Below, piece after piece: positions 29,001 through 41,083 of a DNA stretch of 64,000 bases (position 1 is the stretch's first letter; each line of letters starts with the position of its first letter). The notes under the pieces are model-generated. The model saw only the letters and a list, made by a program, of their open reading frames with translations, did no database searches and was not told the DNA's origin. The DNA comes from Eledone cirrhosa (Eukaryota): the NCBI GenBank assembly GCA_964016885.1, contig OZ024748.1, positions 23,064,001 through 23,128,000 on the forward strand, read 5' to 3'. The translations under genes and the position numbers were made by a program.

Positions 29001-31315
29001 ATAGAAGGTATTGGGGTGACACTATACACCCAGAGTATTCCACGGTGACACACCAACCACCATAGAAGGTATTGGGGTGACACTATACCCCCAGAGTATT
29101 CTACGGTGACACACGAACCACCATAGAAGGTATTGGGGTGACACTATACACCCAGAGTATTCCACCGTGACACACCACCCACAATAGAAGGTAATGGGGT
29201 GACACTATACACCCAGAATATTCCACCGTGGTACACCAACCACCATAGAAGGTATTGGGGTGACACTATACACCCAGAGTATTCCACCGTGGTACACCAA
29301 CCACCATAGAAGGTATTGAGGTGACACTATACACCCAGAGTATTCCACCGTGGTACACCACCCACCATAGAAGGCATTGGGGTGACACTATACACCCAGA
29401 GTATTACATCGTGATACACCAACCACCATATAAGGTATTGGGGTGACACTATACACCCAGAGTATTCCACCGTGGTACACCAACCACCATAGAAGGTATT
29501 GGGGTGACACTATACACCCAGAGTATTCCACCGTGGTACACCAACCACCATAGAAGGTATTGGGGTGACACTATACACCCAGAGTATTCCACCGTGACAC
29601 ACCAACCACCATAGAAGGTATTGGGGTGACATTATACACCCAGAGTATTCCACCGTGACACACCAACCACCATAGAAGGTATTGGGGTGACACTATACAC
29701 CCAGAGTATTCCACCGTGACACACCACCCACAATAGAAGGTAATGGGGTGACATTATACACCCAGAGTATTCCACCGTGACACACCAACCACCATAGAAG
29801 GTATTGGGGTGACACTATACACCCAGAGTATTACACCGTGACACACCACCCACAATAGAAGGTAATGGGGTGACATTATACACCCAGAATATTCCACCGT
29901 GGTACACCAACCACCATAGAAGGTATTGGGGTGACACTATACACCCAGAATATTCCACCGTGGTACACCAACCACCATAGAAGGTATTGGGGTGACACTA
30001 TACACCCAGAATATTCCACCGTGACACACCAACCACCATAGAAGGTATTGGGGTGACACTATACACCCAGAGTATTCCACCGTGACACACCAACCACCAT
30101 AGAAGGTATTGGGGTGACACTATACACCCAGAATATTCCACCGTGACACACCAACCACCATAGAAGGTATTGGGGTGACACTATACACCCAGAGTATTCC
30201 ACCGTGACACACCAACCACAATAGCAGGTATTGGGGTGACACTATACACCCAGAGTATTCCACCGTGACACACCAACCACAATAGAAGGTATTGGGTTGA
30301 CACTATACACCCAGAGTATTCCACCGTGGTACACTACCCACCATAGAAGGTATTGGGGTGACACTATACACCCAGAGTATTCCACCGTGACACACCAACC
30401 ACCATAGAAGGTATTGGGGTGACACTATACACCCAGAGTATTCCAACGTGACACACCAACCACCATAGAAGGTATTGGGGTGACACTATACACCCAGAGT
30501 ATTCCACCGTGGTACACCAACCACAATAGAAGGTATTGGGGTGACACTATACACCCAGAGTATTCCACCGTGACACACCAACCACCATAGAAGGTATTGG
30601 GGTGACACTATACACCCAGAGTATTCCACCGTGACACACCAACCACCATAGAAGGTATTGGGGTGACACTATACACCCAGAGTATTCCACCGTGACACAC
30701 CAACCACCATAGAAGGTATTGGGGTGACACTATACACCCAGAGTATTCCACCGTGACACACCAACCACCATAGAAGGTATTGGGGTGACACTATACACCC
30801 AGAGTATTACACCGTGACACACCAACCACCATAGAAGGTATTGGGGTGACACTATACACCCAGAGTATTCCACCGTGGTACACCAACCACCATAGAAGGT
30901 ATTGGGGTGACACTATACACCCAGAGTATTCCACCGTGGTACACCAACCACCATAGAAGGTATTGGGGTGACACTATACACCCAGAGTATTCCACCGTGA
31001 CACACCAACCACAATAGCAGTTATCGGGGTGACACTATACACCCAGAGTATTCCACCGTGGTACACCAACCACTATAGAAGGTATTGGGGTGACACTATA
31101 CACCCAGAGTATTCCACCGTGGTACACCAACCACTATAGAAGGTATTGGGGTGACACTATACACCCAGAGTATTCCACTGTGACACACCAACCACCATAG
31201 AAGGTATTGGGTGACACTATACACCCAGAGTATTTCACCGTGACACACCAACCACCATAGAAGGTATTGGGGTGACACTATACACCCAGAGTATTCCACC
31301 GTGACACACCAACCA
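26058..31315. repeat. 61-bp satellite, ~86 copies
   Basis: Unit GTGACACACCAACCACCATAGAAGGTATTGGGGTGACACTATACACCCAGAGTATTCCACC; no unique spacers. Confidence 0.97.
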
Positions 31316-31439
31316 ATGAATAAAATAAAATAAAATAAAATAAAATAAAAAGTAAATAAAATGAAAAAAAAATAATAAAGTGCAATAAAATTGAAAATAA
31401 AATAAATATGCCTTTTTTTTTTACAGCACTTGAAGGTTA

Positions 31440-31770
31440 GAATGGACTTCCGTTGGTTTCTTCGATCAGTGGAACAATATATTTATGTAGTTAATGTGTA
31501 AGTGGCTAAGCATTCCACCGACACGTATACCCTTAACGTAATTCTCAGGGAGATTCAGTGTGACACAGTGTATGAAAAGGCTAGAGCTTTGAATTACAAG
31601 TACAGTCTATCTGTCAGCTGAATAGTTTCCATCTACCTAGTTTACTCACAAGGTTTGAAGCAACCCGAGGCTAGGTATGTTAAATGGCTTGTTACCAAGA
31701 TGCTACGTAGTGAGAACGAACTCAAGACATAATGATTGTGATCTGAGCTTCCTAATCATTCAGCGATGCT
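31440..31770 (-). mobile_element. SINE family 2 and family 3 remnants
   Basis: ACACGTATACCCTTAACGTAATTCTCAGGGAGATTCAG, shared with 52890-52930. Confidence 0.6.
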
Positions 31771-32729
31771 GGCTTATACTTATTAACGATTATAGGAAAA
31801 GCTTTTCAAAAAGGAATGTGATGATGGCTGAAAAATAAGTTTTGCTGAAAGGATATGAAAATCTTTGCTGTGAAGAAATAAAATTTATAGTATATAATTT
31901 TCAGTTTTCCAACTGCAGAGCCTATAGAGTAAAGGTACTCCACAAAACAAACAAACAAACAAATATGCAACAACAAAATACAAAACAAAACAAAAAGTAG
32001 TAAAATCCAGTTATATATTTTCATCGAAACTTTAATCATCATCCAAAACTCCATTAGTTTTCCATTTGGCTCGTGGCAAGCTGTTTAAAAGCTTCTTCAT
32101 GCAAGCATAATATAGCATTTTTACTGACACCAATATAAAATATGCCCTATAAACGGTACCATAAATTCTCATAGATAGAATTAGGAACCAAGCATTATAT
32201 TAATATGGTTGACAAACAGAAAAATAAAAGTGAGAAAATAGACAATAGACCTAAAATATCGAGCGTTTCTAAAAAATAAAGGAAAATATATCCAGAGTAT
32301 ACACTATTGCTTTAGTTTAACCCAAGGCCAGCCCTAATCAAGCAGACTTGTGATCAAAGGCTCATCATTAACATAGCATCGAGGTTTTTATCTATTTTTT
32401 AAAACGGATAACTCAAGATAATGATGGTCGATGGGAAAAAGTCGTTTAAACCTCAGATTAAATGTGTCGTAGCATATATTTCGATTCTCTGCATTCTAAG
32501 TTCAAACCCCAACGAGGTCAACTTTGTCTTTCATAATTTCGTGGTCAATAAAGTAAGTATCAATGCCGATGAAACGATCTCTTCCCTCCACATGTCACAT
32601 CTTGGATGTTACGAGGGGTATTTTTAGGGACTGCAGAAGCACATAAAATCATTAAAGAAAACCTAACGCATGCTATCAAGTTATTCTCGATTGCGAGTGA
32701 CATCCGTAGTTATCTGGGAAAACATACTA

Positions 32730-32905
32730 TAATTGGTTCTACTTTTGGAAGAAGGCCAGCAATTATCTCAGTACATGACTGGTACTTCATTTTATCGACC
32801 CTGTAAGGATGAAAGGCAAAGTTTAACCTCGGCGGAATTTGAACTCGCGTCGTAACTCTATGTTGCAAAGCATGACGTCCGACTCTCTACAGATTCTGCC
32901 AATCT
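32730..32905 (-). mobile_element. SINE family 1
   Basis: Consensus match. Confidence 0.85.
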
Positions 32906-32934
32906 ATGGTTAATCATTAGGCCCCAGATTCATT

Positions 32935-33235
32935 CCTATTGCGTGACATCTTGGGAAAGTGTCATTTTCTATAACCTCAGGTCTATCTATGTCTTGTGAG
33001 TGAAATTGGGTAGGTGGAAACTGTTTGGAAGCCCGTCGGATGGGCTGTATCTGTAATTTAAAGGGCCTGTCTTGTCATGCACTGTTACGCCGAATCTTGC
33101 TGAGAATTACATTAATGGTTAACGTGTCTGTGTGTATGGAATGCTCAGCTACTTACACATTAATTTCATGAACAGACGGTTCAATAGATTGAACAACTGG
33201 AACATTCATCGTCGAAACCGCCGGAGGTCCATTTA
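32935..33235 (+). mobile_element. SINE family 3/2 remnant
   Basis: CTTGGGAAAGTGTC..CTTGTGAGTG..GGAAACTG, followed by a family 2 tail ending GGAGGTCC. Confidence 0.55.
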
Positions 33236-34236
33236 TCGGTCGATGATAAACCAGGCTAACGCCCCAATTCCACATTAGGAACTGGCAACTGTCTGTTGTA
33301 TATCGATAAATCAAGAAATAAAACTATTCTGAACTGAACAACACGCTCTGTTCGTTTCCCGACAATTCCTCTAACCAGCCCGCCCCGCAACCTTCAGATA
33401 TTTTCCCAAAGTTTCACTCGAAGCGATAAACTCCCAACATCCCGCCCAAAAGTCTAATATAACATAACATAAATATGTTTTACACATAAGGGATAATTGA
33501 GAGCAGGTAGTAAACATTACAACCATATCTCTCTGACTTATTAACAAGGTCAATTATCAGAGATTAACTGAGTACATTCATAAAGGCCGACTATTTGCTA
33601 AGTGATATCCGGTTTGAAAAAAAAACTAGGGCAGAAGTTCTATGGCGTTTAAGGGACAAATATCAAGTTATTAGAGTCAATGATACGCTTTCAAAAAAGT
33701 CAACAATCCAGAACCAAGTGCCCTAGGGAAATGACTTGTGGGTGGGGCAATACTCTCTTTAAAGGTTTTATCTGATAAATCCTCTGATCTATAGACCAAC
33801 CACCAATACTAGCCAGACTTCTGACACCATAATATTAAACGCAATCAAGAGTCCCAATGGTGTTAAATACTACAGAGTAACCTCAAGTCTATATACAATT
33901 TTGGATACAAGTCAACGACGAAGTACCTACAATGTCGACCGACCTGCAAGAAATAGAAGCTAAATCTTCCTTAAATCGTACCAAAAATAAAAAGGACACA
34001 TTTGGATTATGTGTAATATATAGCTAAAACTACAGGATGGTCATCGTTAGAGTTCCTTAGATCATAGGTATGCTCGTCTGCTGATTAAGGCTAGGTGTGT
34101 GTATACAATTGTATAAACACATATGTATGATTATTTTAATGTGCAATTCTTTTCTCTTAATATCTGTACATGTGTATTAGATTATATAACTTTAATTTTA
34201 CCATAGAATATTGAGCACTATTTATGATTTACATTG

Positions 34237-34276
<40 letters not shown>

Positions 34277-34309
34277 GGATTTGAATGGATACAGTTTAGT
34301 TAAAAGGAA

Positions 34310-34432
34310 TTTATTGACACGTGTTTCTATAACAGTTACATAACCTGAAAACAGCTGCTATCTACAAAGTATTAGTTATGCAGACATTCAATATTTCAAT
34401 GTTATTATCAACTATCATTTCATCGGAATAAT
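34310..34432 (-). ncRNA. Type I hammerhead motif with long stem II and one core mutation
   Basis: Minus strand reads TTATT-CCGATGA-[~90 nt, closed by ATGATAGTTG/TAACTGTTAT]-GAAA-CACGTG-TC-AATAA. Confidence 0.6.
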
Positions 34433-34439
34433 TTTACTG

Positions 34440-34612
34440 AGGACCTGTTTGTCCATCTACTGTGTGATCCGAACGCAGCTAGCTGTCGAAACGGCCGGAG
34501 CTCAGCCGTCAGGGTCCTGAATATTTTCATATTACCCACTCTACTATCCCAAGTATCGAGTGCTCTGGTGGGTTATGGTCCACCTAGTATCTTACCACAC
34601 TTTCTTTGTTAT
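34440..34612 (+). mobile_element. Family A element, diverged direct copy
   Basis: GTCGAAACGGC..GAGCTCAGCCGTC plus tail TTACCCACTCTACTATCC..TTATGGTCCACCT..CTTACCACA. Confidence 0.7.
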
Positions 34613-34625
34613 ACACACACACACA

Positions 34626-34708
<83 letters not shown>

Positions 34709-34709
<1 letters not shown>

Positions 34710-35718
34710 TAGCATTAAAGCCCAGCGTTGCTCGGGGTCAGTAAGTTACCAAAGTCAGGTTGCACCACCCATTTTATGACACCACTTTTTTGTCTGCCAG
34801 GCACTGGGTGAATGAATTGCAGACCTGGACTGCCGAAGCAGGAGCTGCGCCAGCAGTGACAATTGTAGTTTCGCCTATGGATATTATCTCTGTGTAAAGA
34901 AGTGCTGAAATTTTTTGTTTCACAGTACTTGCGCAACACGCGCGTAGACGATGCCAGCCGAACAACAGAGCTAAGATGAAGTTGTTCTGCATGACATGTT
35001 TTAACGGGGGAGGGGAGGGGGGAATGAGGGAACCGCAAACAGGGCCTGAAAACATTGTCGAATTATCAGAACCAGAAAAGAGGAAGAGGGGTAATTGTAT
35101 GGTTGGTGCATCATGTACGTCGGACGTAGAAGATGGGCTGCTGTGCCGACGGATGGAGGGAAATAGAGCTGAGCAGAGGCCAGGTGTTGGTGAAGTGTGA
35201 AGTAATTGCAGGGAACCGCCTAAAAATGTAAATCCCGTCATTAAAGCATTGTTCACCCTTTGAGAGTCGTACGGAGGTGAAATACTAACCTGTCCACGGT
35301 CCTCCGAGGCCCACCACACGGGGGTTGGTGAGGAGCAACAGCTGATATTTGAGTAGGGTCGGAGTTGCAATGAAGCTTTGTAACGCCGCGAGAATCAGCC
35401 TTTGTACGGCCGATGGTGGGGAGTGTCCAGTGCACTGCAGTGAAGGTTAACCTACTTAGAAAGTACTCACGAAAAGGCAAAAAAATAAAAAAAATAAAAA
35501 AGTTATAAAATTAGGAAGCGAGGTTGAGAGATGTTTTAAAAAAGAACTTCCACGTTCGTTGAGAGATGTTTTAAGAAGGATTTATCACTATTTTTGTTGT
35601 TGTTGAATAAATTTATCTGTTGCTTTTGAATACTTGTTGTTTGGTATGAAATGTAATAAGTTTTCTTCGTTGTCATTGAAGTAAATAAATGTTTGACCGT
35701 TCCACACTCAAAAACAAA

Positions 35719-35773
<55 letters not shown>

Positions 35774-35895
35774 ACTCTCTCGCGCTCACTTCTTCTTTTC
35801 TCTCTCTCTCTCTCGCGTTCCTAACACACTCAAAAACAAACGTTCTCTCCCTCTGTCTCTCACTCTCTCGCTCACTTCGCTCACTTCTTTCTCTC

Positions 35896-35959
<64 letters not shown>

Positions 35960-37090
35960 CTTCATTTCTTTCTCTCTTCTTTCTTCCGCGTTCCTAAAGG
36001 AAGTTTGTAAGGAGGGGGTTTAAGCGTATATAAAAGAAAGTTGCAGCATGTATGTAGTTTTGTCGATTTTTAAGGAGAGTAGAGAGAGGTATTCACATTG
36101 TATTAGAGGGGTAAAGCGTCTTGTATTTACTTTTATCGATTGCTAACAGTAAAGCCCGGCGTTGCTCGGGGTCGCTCAGTAGCTGTGTTAAAGTTACAAT
36201 GTTAAGTTTCTTTCTTGGCTTAAAAACTGTAGTGTCTACTGTGCAGACTTGCATGTGGTGTTTTTGATTAATATTCCCTCAACCAACAATATGCCTTATG
36301 AAGTTAAGAAAACATAACGATAACCCGAATGTTATAACAAAAGAGGATGCTGGGGATAGAAACTGCACTGGTTATTTATTAACAAAGATCGAAAATGTAA
36401 ACACTGCAACGCAGAGAAAAACATTAGCGTAACCAAATTATCAGTTATGTCTGTCTGCACGCCTATATCACCTCTCTGCACGACTGTCTGTCTGCACGCC
36501 TATATCACCTCTCTGCACGACTGTCTGTCTGCACGCCTATATCACCTCTCTGCACGACTATCTGTCTGCACGCGTATATCACCTCTCTGCACGACTGTCT
36601 GTCTGCACGACTGTCTGTCTGCACGCCTAACGACGAAATATTTGCTTGTTTTACGTAGTCTTTAAATAGACTTGTTTTCAAGTAAAAATATTGTTTTAAA
36701 ATGCTTTTAAATGGAAATGAAGCAAAACGGAAGCTTAGTGTTCGAACTGATGAATTTTGCAGGTCAATATTTTGCTGGCTCGACAACTGTTCGTGTATTG
36801 TGTTAATGTCATTTTAAACGCTGAGAAAGCCAGCGTAATTTTTTACGTAAGACGCTCAATGTAAACAGAACAAAGGGAAATAACTGATAACTTACGCTCA
36901 AAAATCGATACATTATATTCGATTTCGTCACATAGGGTGGGTCAATTTGAAATATTTTTTTTCCGATGTCTTCGCTAGGGCTCAATGTACAAGTATAGCA
37001 ATTTCGGTGCAATTCCGTGAGAGATTCTAAGAGGAGATGTGTGCCAAAAATCGATAGACAGACAGACAACCACAGTTTTATATATATAGA
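34709..37090 (-). mobile_element. Non-autonomous Helitron (composite, two 3' terminators)
   Basis: On the minus strand it starts A|TCTATATATATAAAAC..TGTCTGTCTGTC at 37090 and ends with hairpin CCCGAGCAACGCTGGG plus CTAG|T at 34709; a second terminator-like copy lies at 36143-36173. Confidence 0.8.
36448..36628. repeat. 37-bp tandem repeat (~4.5 copies) inside the Helitron
   Basis: Unit CTGTCTGTCTGCACGCCTATATCACCTCTCTGCACGA. Confidence 0.92.
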
Positions 37091-37218
37091 TTTCCGTAAT
37101 TGGGGGTGAGTTGGAAATAAATAAATAGTCGTTGACTTAAGTTAGACCATTTACAACATTCTTACAGACTTTGAGTCGAATCGGTTTGAAATTGTGCAAA
37201 TGTATAAACATGGAACAT

Positions 37219-37328
<110 letters not shown>

Positions 37329-37425
37329 CAACAACAACAACAATCTGCCTTCTTTTATATATATATATCTTTTACTCTTTTACCTGTTTCAGCCATCCGG
37401 CTGAGGCCATGGTGGGGCACCCCCC

Positions 37426-37477
<52 letters not shown>

Positions 37478-37480
<3 letters not shown>

Positions 37481-37594
37481 AACGAGTAGGACCCCGACGG
37501 CTGAGCTCAAGCCGTTTCGACGTCTAATTCTGGACTAAGTATTGAGTACTTTGGTGCGTTATGGTCCACCTGGTTCCTTACCACATTTCCTCCG

Positions 37595-37597
<3 letters not shown>
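37478..37597 (+). mobile_element. Family A element lacking the direct arm
   Basis: The left arm runs to CTGGAC and joins directly to the tail TAAGTATTGAG..; (TA)n flanks. Confidence 0.8.
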
Positions 37598-37672
<75 letters not shown>

Positions 37673-37681
37673 ATATATATA

Positions 37682-37716
<35 letters not shown>

Positions 37717-37724
<8 letters not shown>

Positions 37725-38131
37725 AGATCAAAAGATGGTTAAAGGAGTTCCATGTATTTTATTATGTGCATTTCAAAAACAAACATCATCATGCAATAAT
37801 ATTTGTGTTTTCATCAGATAAAACAGGAGAACATGATATGAAGGCTAAAAAACACTTGTGGATAGTGCAGTTTTAAATCAACATATCATGAAACTGCACT
37901 ATCCACAAGTGTTTTTTTAGCCTTCATATCATGTTCTGTTTTATCTGATGAAAACACAAATATCATTGCATGATGATGTTTGTTTTTGAAATGCGCATAA
38001 TAAAATACATGGAACTCCTTTAACCATCTTTTGATCTTATATTATGTATACTCCAGTCCTACAAACTGTAGAGTGCTTCTTATCCGATATCTGCATTGCT
38101 TTATTGTACTACAATAAAACTCACCTCCTAC
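37717..38131 (+). mobile_element. Family B fold-back element with hammerheads
   Basis: Inverted arms ~37717-37873 and 37891-38044, ~87-bp tail, (TA)n flanks. Confidence 0.85.
37938..38006 (+). ncRNA. Type I hammerhead ribozyme motif
   Basis: GTTTTAT-CTGATGA(37945)-stem II ACAAATATCATT/GATGATGTTTGT-GAAA(37988)-TGCGCA-TA-ATAAAAT; differences from the 23637 copy keep stem II paired. Confidence 0.8.
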
Positions 38132-38154
38132 ATATATATATATATATATATATA

Positions 38155-38327
38155 CATCAGGATGGATTCAGTTTTCGGTTTGAAACTAATTAGAACATTA
38201 TTCAACAGTAGAATATGGTTATATTATAAGGAGTCGGGACCCCACCCCGACGGCTGAGCTCTTGCCGTTTCAACAGCTAGTTCCAGACTAACTGTTGAAA
38301 CGGCAAGAGTCCCGATTCTTTATAATA
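38155..38327 (-). mobile_element. Family A-related fold-back element (different tail)
   Basis: CCCCGACGGCTGAGCTCTTGCCGTTTCAACAG..CTGTTGAAACGGCAAGAG with TATTATAAGGAGTCGGGA/TCCCGATTCTTTATAATA ends. Confidence 0.7.
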
Positions 38328-38344
38328 TATATATATATATATAT

Positions 38345-38552
38345 AAAAGAAATTTTGTATTTTATCTGATGAAAGCGCACCAAGATGGGCTTGGTCGCCC
38401 TTGAAATATATATAATAAAACAATTATGGTTTTATAAATATAGTTTCCATTTATTAATATATTGAATATTTATTCCAGTTATCTGTTGAGTGCTCTATAT
38501 CAGTTATAAACTTTTGAGTTTGTTGGAATCCCAACAAATTAAATATAACTTC

Positions 38553-38555
<3 letters not shown>
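38345..38555 (+). mobile_element. Family C element
   Basis: Homologous to 24838-25131; (TA)n flanks. Confidence 0.75.
38359..38421 (+). ncRNA. Type I hammerhead ribozyme motif
   Basis: TTTTAT-CTGATGA(38366)-AAG.CG.ACCAAG/CTTGGT.CG.CTT-GAAA(38403)-TATATA-TA-ATAAAA. Confidence 0.78.
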
Positions 38556-38595
<40 letters not shown>

Positions 38596-38597
<2 letters not shown>

Positions 38598-38790
38598 AGC
38601 GAGGGAAAAGTGGTAAGGAACCAGGTGGACCATAACGCACCAAAGTACTCAATACTTAGGGTAGTAGAGTGGGTAATAGGAGTAAGTAAGACCCCGACGG
38701 CTGAGCTCAAGCCGTTTCGACGGCTAATTCTGTACAGAATTAGCCGTCGAAACGGCTTGAGCTCAGCCGTCGGGGTCTTACTTACTCCTA
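38596..38790 (-). mobile_element. Family A fold-back element
   Basis: Perfect 114-bp palindrome 38677-38790 plus ~80-bp tail 38596-38676; (TA)n flanks. Confidence 0.8.
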
Positions 38791-38900
38791 TATATATATC
38801 TATATATATCTATATATATCTATATATATATATATATGTGTGTGTGTATGTATGTATGCATGTATGTATATATATATGTATGTGTACACACACACACATA

Positions 38901-38938
<38 letters not shown>

Positions 38939-39289
38939 CAGTTAACGGTTCATGACTTCTCACAGACGTAAAGTACGTCTGTGAGATTTCAAATGCAATT
39001 TATTCCTAAATTCATTTGCTTGTGCATATATGTGTGTGTGCATGTGTGCATATATGTGTGTATGTGTATGTGTGTATGTGTGTATGTATGTGTGTGCATG
39101 TGTGTGTGTGTACGTGTCTCTGTGTGTAGGTGTGTGCGTGCATATACAGGTGCACAGATACACATGCACACACATACACACACATACACACATGTACACA
39201 CACACACACATACACTCACATATACACACACACATAGACAGCTGTGTGCGTGTGAATGTTGCGTATATATATATATACGTCCGATATAT

Positions 39290-39364
<75 letters not shown>

Positions 39365-39406
39365 CAATATATATATATATAAATAATAATAAATAATAAT
39401 ATATAA

Positions 39407-39459
<53 letters not shown>

Positions 39460-39528
39460 ATATATTATATATATATATATATTTATTTCACTAGATATAT
39501 ATATATATATATATCGGATGTGTGTGTG

Positions 39529-39615
<87 letters not shown>

Positions 39616-39650
39616 TTATATATTTATATACGTCCGATATATATCTATAT

Positions 39651-39682
<32 letters not shown>

Positions 39683-39710
39683 TTTTGGTACAATGTTTTC
39701 TATACCTTTC

Positions 39711-39761
<51 letters not shown>

Positions 39762-39767
39762 CTTATT

Positions 39768-39842
<75 letters not shown>

Positions 39843-40282
39843 ATACATCCGATATATATACATATATATATCGGATATATATATCCGATATATATACATC
39901 CGATATATATATATCGGATGTCGCTGATTGAGGGTGTAAGAGGAAGAAGGAGAAGGGGAGAGAGAGGGGGGGGTGAGGTGTAGTAGGAGTTTCATCAGTA
40001 GTAGAAGAGATACCGCTTACTCGTCAGAATAATCCGGGTCGATACAGCGACATCGAACTGGGGCCGACATAATAGTAGGTCCTTTATACAATCGATAGTT
40101 CAATATTGCCTTTTAGCCCTCGCCTTCTCTATTCCTTACTATCCCTCCCTCTCACTGCCTGTCTCACTTTCTCTCACCTTGTCTCTATCTTCAAGTTCCT
40201 TCTCTCTCCCTCTCACACTCTTTCTCTTACTCTCTCTCTCTCTATCTATCTATCTATCTTCCTAACTTTTTAATTTTCGTTG

Positions 40283-40318
<36 letters not shown>

Positions 40319-40359
40319 GTATATATATATATATATATGTAAATATATATATATATATG

Positions 40360-40397
<38 letters not shown>

Positions 40398-40418
40398 AAT
40401 ATATATATATATATATAT

Positions 40419-40496
<78 letters not shown>

Positions 40497-40516
40497 GTAA
40501 ATATATATATATATAT

Positions 40517-40549
<33 letters not shown>

Positions 40550-40550
40550 A

Positions 40551-40642
<92 letters not shown>

Positions 40643-40677
40643 GTATATATGTATATATATGTATATATATATATATT

Positions 40678-40776
<99 letters not shown>

Positions 40777-40873
40777 TTAACTTTTTCTCTTCGTTCTACT
40801 CTATCTCCTTTCTTATATGTGTCTCTGTGTGTGTCTGTATGTGTGTGTGCGTACGAATGGGTGTATGTGTGTC

Positions 40874-40910
<37 letters not shown>

Positions 40911-40917
40911 GTGTGGT

Positions 40918-40961
<44 letters not shown>

Positions 40962-41051
40962 GTTGCTTCAGATTGTGTGAGTATGTGTGTGCTAATGTGT
41001 TATGTACGTACGTGTCTGTATCCATCTATGTGTGTATAAGTATCTGTTTAT

Positions 41052-41083
<32 letters not shown>

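Noticed and set aside
39985-40035. Minus-strand CTGACGA...GAAA as a hammerhead
   Set aside because: No convincing stem I, II or III pairing.
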